DNA of 64,000 nucleotides from Escherichia coli (GTDB lineage Bacteria; Pseudomonadota; Gammaproteobacteria; Enterobacterales; Enterobacteriaceae): NCBI RefSeq assembly GCF_001677475.2, contig NZ_CP015229.1; one strand, 5' to 3'. Shown piece by piece: positions 57,762 to 64,000 of this stretch (position 1 is its first letter; each line of letters starts with the position of its first letter). The notes under the pieces were generated by a model. It saw only the letters and a program-made list of their open reading frames with translations, ran no database searches and was not told where the DNA came from. The position numbers and the translations under genes were made by a program.

Positions 57762-57932
57762 TACTGACCTCCCGTTGCTGAAAATGCGGCAACACAGTAA
57801 GACGAAAAGTCAGTGAAGAGAACGTTCCCATGACATCTATGTGATAAAGATCACATAGGGTATGGCTTCATGGCGAAAAAGTATAAAATTCTTAATAAAC
57901 AGCCGGTTATAGCTCCGAAAGCGAATTATTTA

Positions 57933-58151
57933 TTAGCGAATAAATTTCCATACTGAGGAAGGGATCTTGTCGTACAGTTTATTCATGGTCAATTCGGCGA
58001 GGCGGTGATCTGCGGCTGAGTAAAATACCGCCAGTTCATTATCTGATAATTCGTATTTATTTTTCTCGATAACACGCTCCAGCGTGTCAATTGTCTGGCA
58101 ACGACGTAAACGCATTAAATAATCGGTTTTCGTTAAAGGTTTTTCGGACAT
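57933..58151 (-). CDS. hha: Haemolysin expression modulator Hha
   Basis: ORF 57933..58397 trimmed to [35 protein letters not shown]...; 72 aa. Confidence 0.93.
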
Positions 58152-58176
58152 ACTTCTACCCATGGTTGTAATAATT

Positions 58177-58551
58177 CTAACAAGATAAACTCGCAGGATT
58201 CTCTTTCGTCGTATTGACAAAACAACGGAATAGTCGATTACCTGACTTCCGCCATTTCTGAAGATCCTGCATATTAATACCATAACTACTGAACAACATA
58301 AAGGTGTCATCCAGATATTCGTCGATCTGCTCAATGAGCTTATTGTCTTCATTATACTTAATTTTGTAATTAAGTGCGAAGGTCGCAATATGCTCAATCA
58401 GTTCATTCAACTGGAGGTTGATCGCCGAGGTTGGGTCGTTAACCCAGCCATGATTGCTTTCTTCAAGGTTTGCAAGACAGTCATGATACAGGGTTTCACA
58501 GAGAAACTTAAGCTGTGCGATATCATGTCTTTTGGGTGAGTATTCATCCAT
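58177..58551 (-). CDS. tomB: Hha toxicity modulator TomB (YbaJ)
   Basis: 124-aa [46 protein letters not shown]... Confidence 0.93.
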
Positions 58552-59054
58552 AACGCGTCCCCTTCTTAGTGGTTGAACTAACGGACACCTTTCGGGATGG
58601 AAAAAACTTACTGACCTGGACTTGCCCTCTCGTTTGTTAGCTTAACTATAAGCCACTCTTTGCAGGTTTTCATCGCATTATTACGAAAAATTACAATTAG
58701 GAAGGAAGCGGGACAGGACTCACTTTTTCATACTAGCACTAACCCGCAGCAGGTAAAAGTAGTTTGCTCGAACTGTTCATAACATTTCAGGATTATCGCC
58801 AGATGAAATTGGTGACACTAATACCAGGATTGCTCTGAATATGACGTAATAACCGAGGAATGAATAAAGAATTACCGCAAATAATTAAGAATAGCCTCTA
58901 AATGATTATGGATTATTAAATCTATTAGCGCTACTTAATATAAATTTACTAACAATCAGTATTTTTTATGAATTTTATACGTGGTTAATACTGGTTTTCG
59001 TATGAGATCCTGAGTTGGTGGTTCAATTACTCCTTAATGTTCGTAGGTTATGCA

Positions 59055-59078
59055 TAAAAAAGGCCGCTTACGCGGCCT
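59055..59078 (-). terminator. Rho-independent terminator after acrB
   Basis: On the minus strand aaggccgcgtaagcggcc followed by tttttt, immediately 3' of the acrB stop. Confidence 0.7.
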
Positions 59079-59096
59079 TAGTGATTACACGTTGTA

Positions 59097-62249
<3,153 letters not shown>

Positions 62250-62268
62250 TTAACGGCTCCTGTTTAAG

Positions 62269-63462
62269 TTAAGACTTGGACTGTTCAGGCTGAGCACCGC
62301 TTGCGGCTTGCTGGTTATTATCAGCGGTAACTTCTTGTGCTTTTACCTGGACACCAGGACGCACTTTCTGCAGCCCACTTATTACTACGCGATCGCCTGC
62401 TTTCAGACCTTCTGTCACCAGCCACTTATCGCCAATAGCCTGGCTTGCAACGATCGGACGGGTTTCCACTTTGTCATCCGCGCCAACCACCAGTACGGTG
62501 GCATCGCCACGCGGCGTACGGGTTACGCCCTGTTGCGGGACTAAAATAGCGTTTGGATTAAGCCCTTCTTCCAGACGTGCGCGCACGAACATACCCGGCA
62601 GCAGAGTGTGATCCGGGTTCGGGAAGATAGCGCGTAGGGTGATAGACCCAGTGGTCTGATCAACGGTAACGTCAGAGAATTCCAGCGTACCGTCCTGCGG
62701 GAACTTAATGCCGTCACTGGTGATCAGCGACACTTTGGCTTTGCCGTTCTCTTGTTTCAGCGTGCCATTTGCCAGTTCCTGTTTCAGGCGCAGGAAGTCG
62801 TTGCTGGACTGGGTCACATCAACGTAGATCGGATCAAGTTGCTGCACGGTTGCCAGCGCAGTCGCCTGACCGTTCTGTACCAATGCGCCTTCCGTCACGT
62901 TCGACTTACCAATGCGACCGCTAATCGGAGAGGTGACTTTGGTGTAAGCCAGATTGATCCGCGCAGTTTCAACGGCAGCTTTCGCCGCAGTGACCGCAGC
63001 ATTCGCCTGTTGCGCATCAGCCAGAGCCTGATCGTACTCTTGCTTACTGATGTACTGAGTACCGAGCAGTTTCTGATAACGATTCACCGTCAATTGCGCG
63101 ATATTGGCTGCAGCCTGGGCTTTCGCCAGATCACCTTTCGCACTGTCGTATGCCGCCTGATAGGTCGCAGGATCAATCTGATAGAGAGAGACACCTGCTT
63201 CGATGTCGCTACCTTCTTTGAAATTACGCTTCAGGATAATCCCGCTAACTTGAGGACGAACTTCTGCGATCCGGTAGGCACTGGTGCGACCCGGAAGCTC
63301 GGTTGTGATCTGCAGAGGTTCAGTTTTGACTGTTACTACGCCAACGGCGGGCATCTGCTGGCCACCTTGTTGGGCCTGTTTGTCGTCACATCCTGTTAGG
63401 GCTAAGCTGCCTGAGAGCATCAGAACGACCGCCAGAGGCGTAAACCCTCTGTTTTTGTTCAT
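62269..63462 (-). CDS. acrA: Periplasmic adaptor subunit AcrA
   Basis: ORF 62269..63498 trimmed to MNKNRGFTPLAVVLMLSGSLALTGC (lipobox); 397 aa. Confidence 0.96.
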   Translation of the reverse strand: MNKNRGFTPLAVVLMLSGSLALTGCDDKQAQQGGQQMPAVGVVTVKTEPLQITTELPGRTSAYRIAEVRPQVSGIILKRNFKEGSDIEAGVSLYQIDPATYQAAYDSAKGDLAKAQAAANIAQLTVNRYQKLLGTQYISKQEYDQALADAQQANAAVTAAKAAVETARINLAYTKVTSPISGRIGKSNVTEGALVQNGQATALATVQQLDPIYVDVTQSSNDFLRLKQELANGTLKQENGKAKVSLITSDGIKFPQDGTLEFSDVTVDQTTGSITLRAIFPNPDHTLLPGMFVRARLEEGLNPNAILVPQQGVTRTPRGDATVLVVGADDKVETRPIVASQAIGDKWLVTEGLKAGDRVVISGLQKVRPGVQVKAQEVTADNNQQAASGAQPEQSKS

Positions 63463-63551
63463 ATGTAAACCTCGAGTGTCCGATTTCAAATTGGTCAATG
63501 GTCAAAAGTTAATAAACCCATTGCTGCGTTTATATTATCGTCGTGCTATGG

Positions 63552-63575
63552 TACATACATTCACAAATGTATGTA
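63552..63575. promoter_or_regulatory. AcrR operator palindrome in the acrA/acrR divergent promoter region
   Basis: tacatacatt caca aatgtatgta: perfect 10-bp inverted-repeat arms around a 4-bp centre, matching the known AcrR binding site. Confidence 0.75.
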
Positions 63576-63603
63576 AATCTAACGCCTGTAAATTCACGAA
63601 CAT

Positions 63604-64000
63604 ATGGCACGAAAAACCAAACAAGAAGCGCAAGAAACGCGCCAACACATCCTCGATGTGGCTCTACGTCTTTTCTCACAGCAGGGGGTATCATCCACCT
63701 CGCTGGGCGAGATTGCAAAAGCAGCTGGCGTTACGCGCGGTGCAATCTACTGGCATTTTAAAGACAAGTCGGATTTGTTCAGTGAGATCTGGGAACTGTC
63801 AGAATCCAATATTGGTGAACTAGAGCTTGAGTATCAGGCAAAATTCCCTGGCGATCCACTCTCAGTATTAAGAGAGATATTAATTCATGTTCTTGAATCC
63901 ACGGTGACAGAAGAACGGCGTCGATTATTGATGGAGATTATATTCCACAAATGCGAATTTGTCGGAGAAATGGCTGTTGTGCAACAGGCACAACGTAATC
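63604..64000 (+). CDS. acrR: TetR-family repressor AcrR (5' part; 3' end beyond window)
   Basis: ATG at 63604; translation [53 protein letters not shown]... runs to the window end without a stop. Confidence 0.93.

Overview
This window is an Escherichia coli-type chromosomal segment that is collinear, gene for gene, with the K-12 malZ to acrR region as I recall it. Identification rests on reading the six-frame translations against remembered protein sequences and lengths; no database search was run. The backbone is malZ(3' end), acpH, queA-tgt-yajC-secD-secF, yajD, tsx, yajI, nrdR-ribD-ribE-nusB-thiL-pgpA, yajO, dxs-ispA-xseB, thiI, yajL-panE, yajQ, yajR, cyoABCDE, ampG-yajG, bolA, tig, clpP-clpX-lon, hupB, ppiD, ybaV, fadM, queC, ybaE, cof, decR(ybaO), mdlA-mdlB, glnK-amtB, tesB, ybaY, atl(ybaZ), the 4.5S RNA gene ffs, ybaA, pdeB(ylaB), ylaC, maa, hha-tomB, acrB-acrA and the start of acrR. 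Several ORF-track calls are N-terminally over-extended; I give the internal starts that reproduce the known protein lengths. No tRNA, rRNA, CRISPR array, IS element or integrase was seen. The one element that does not belong to this backbone is a roughly 1.66-kb AT-rich segment (486-2148) wedged between the convergent genes malZ and acpH. It carries a single 485-aa ORF (671-2128, + strand) with a good Shine-Dalgarno. The protein has an N-terminal domain, a Lys/Glu-rich linker built from a 16-residue tandem repeat, and a C-terminal domain with a Cys box (D-H-M-Y-C360-L-F-D-A-F) plus a downstream H437-x-N439 that together resemble the catalytic signature of OTU-type papain-fold cysteine peptidases (deubiquitinase-like). 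I regard this as a horizontally acquired, probably uncharacterised effector or toxin-like protein and the main candidate for something new here; the functional assignment is inference from motifs only.
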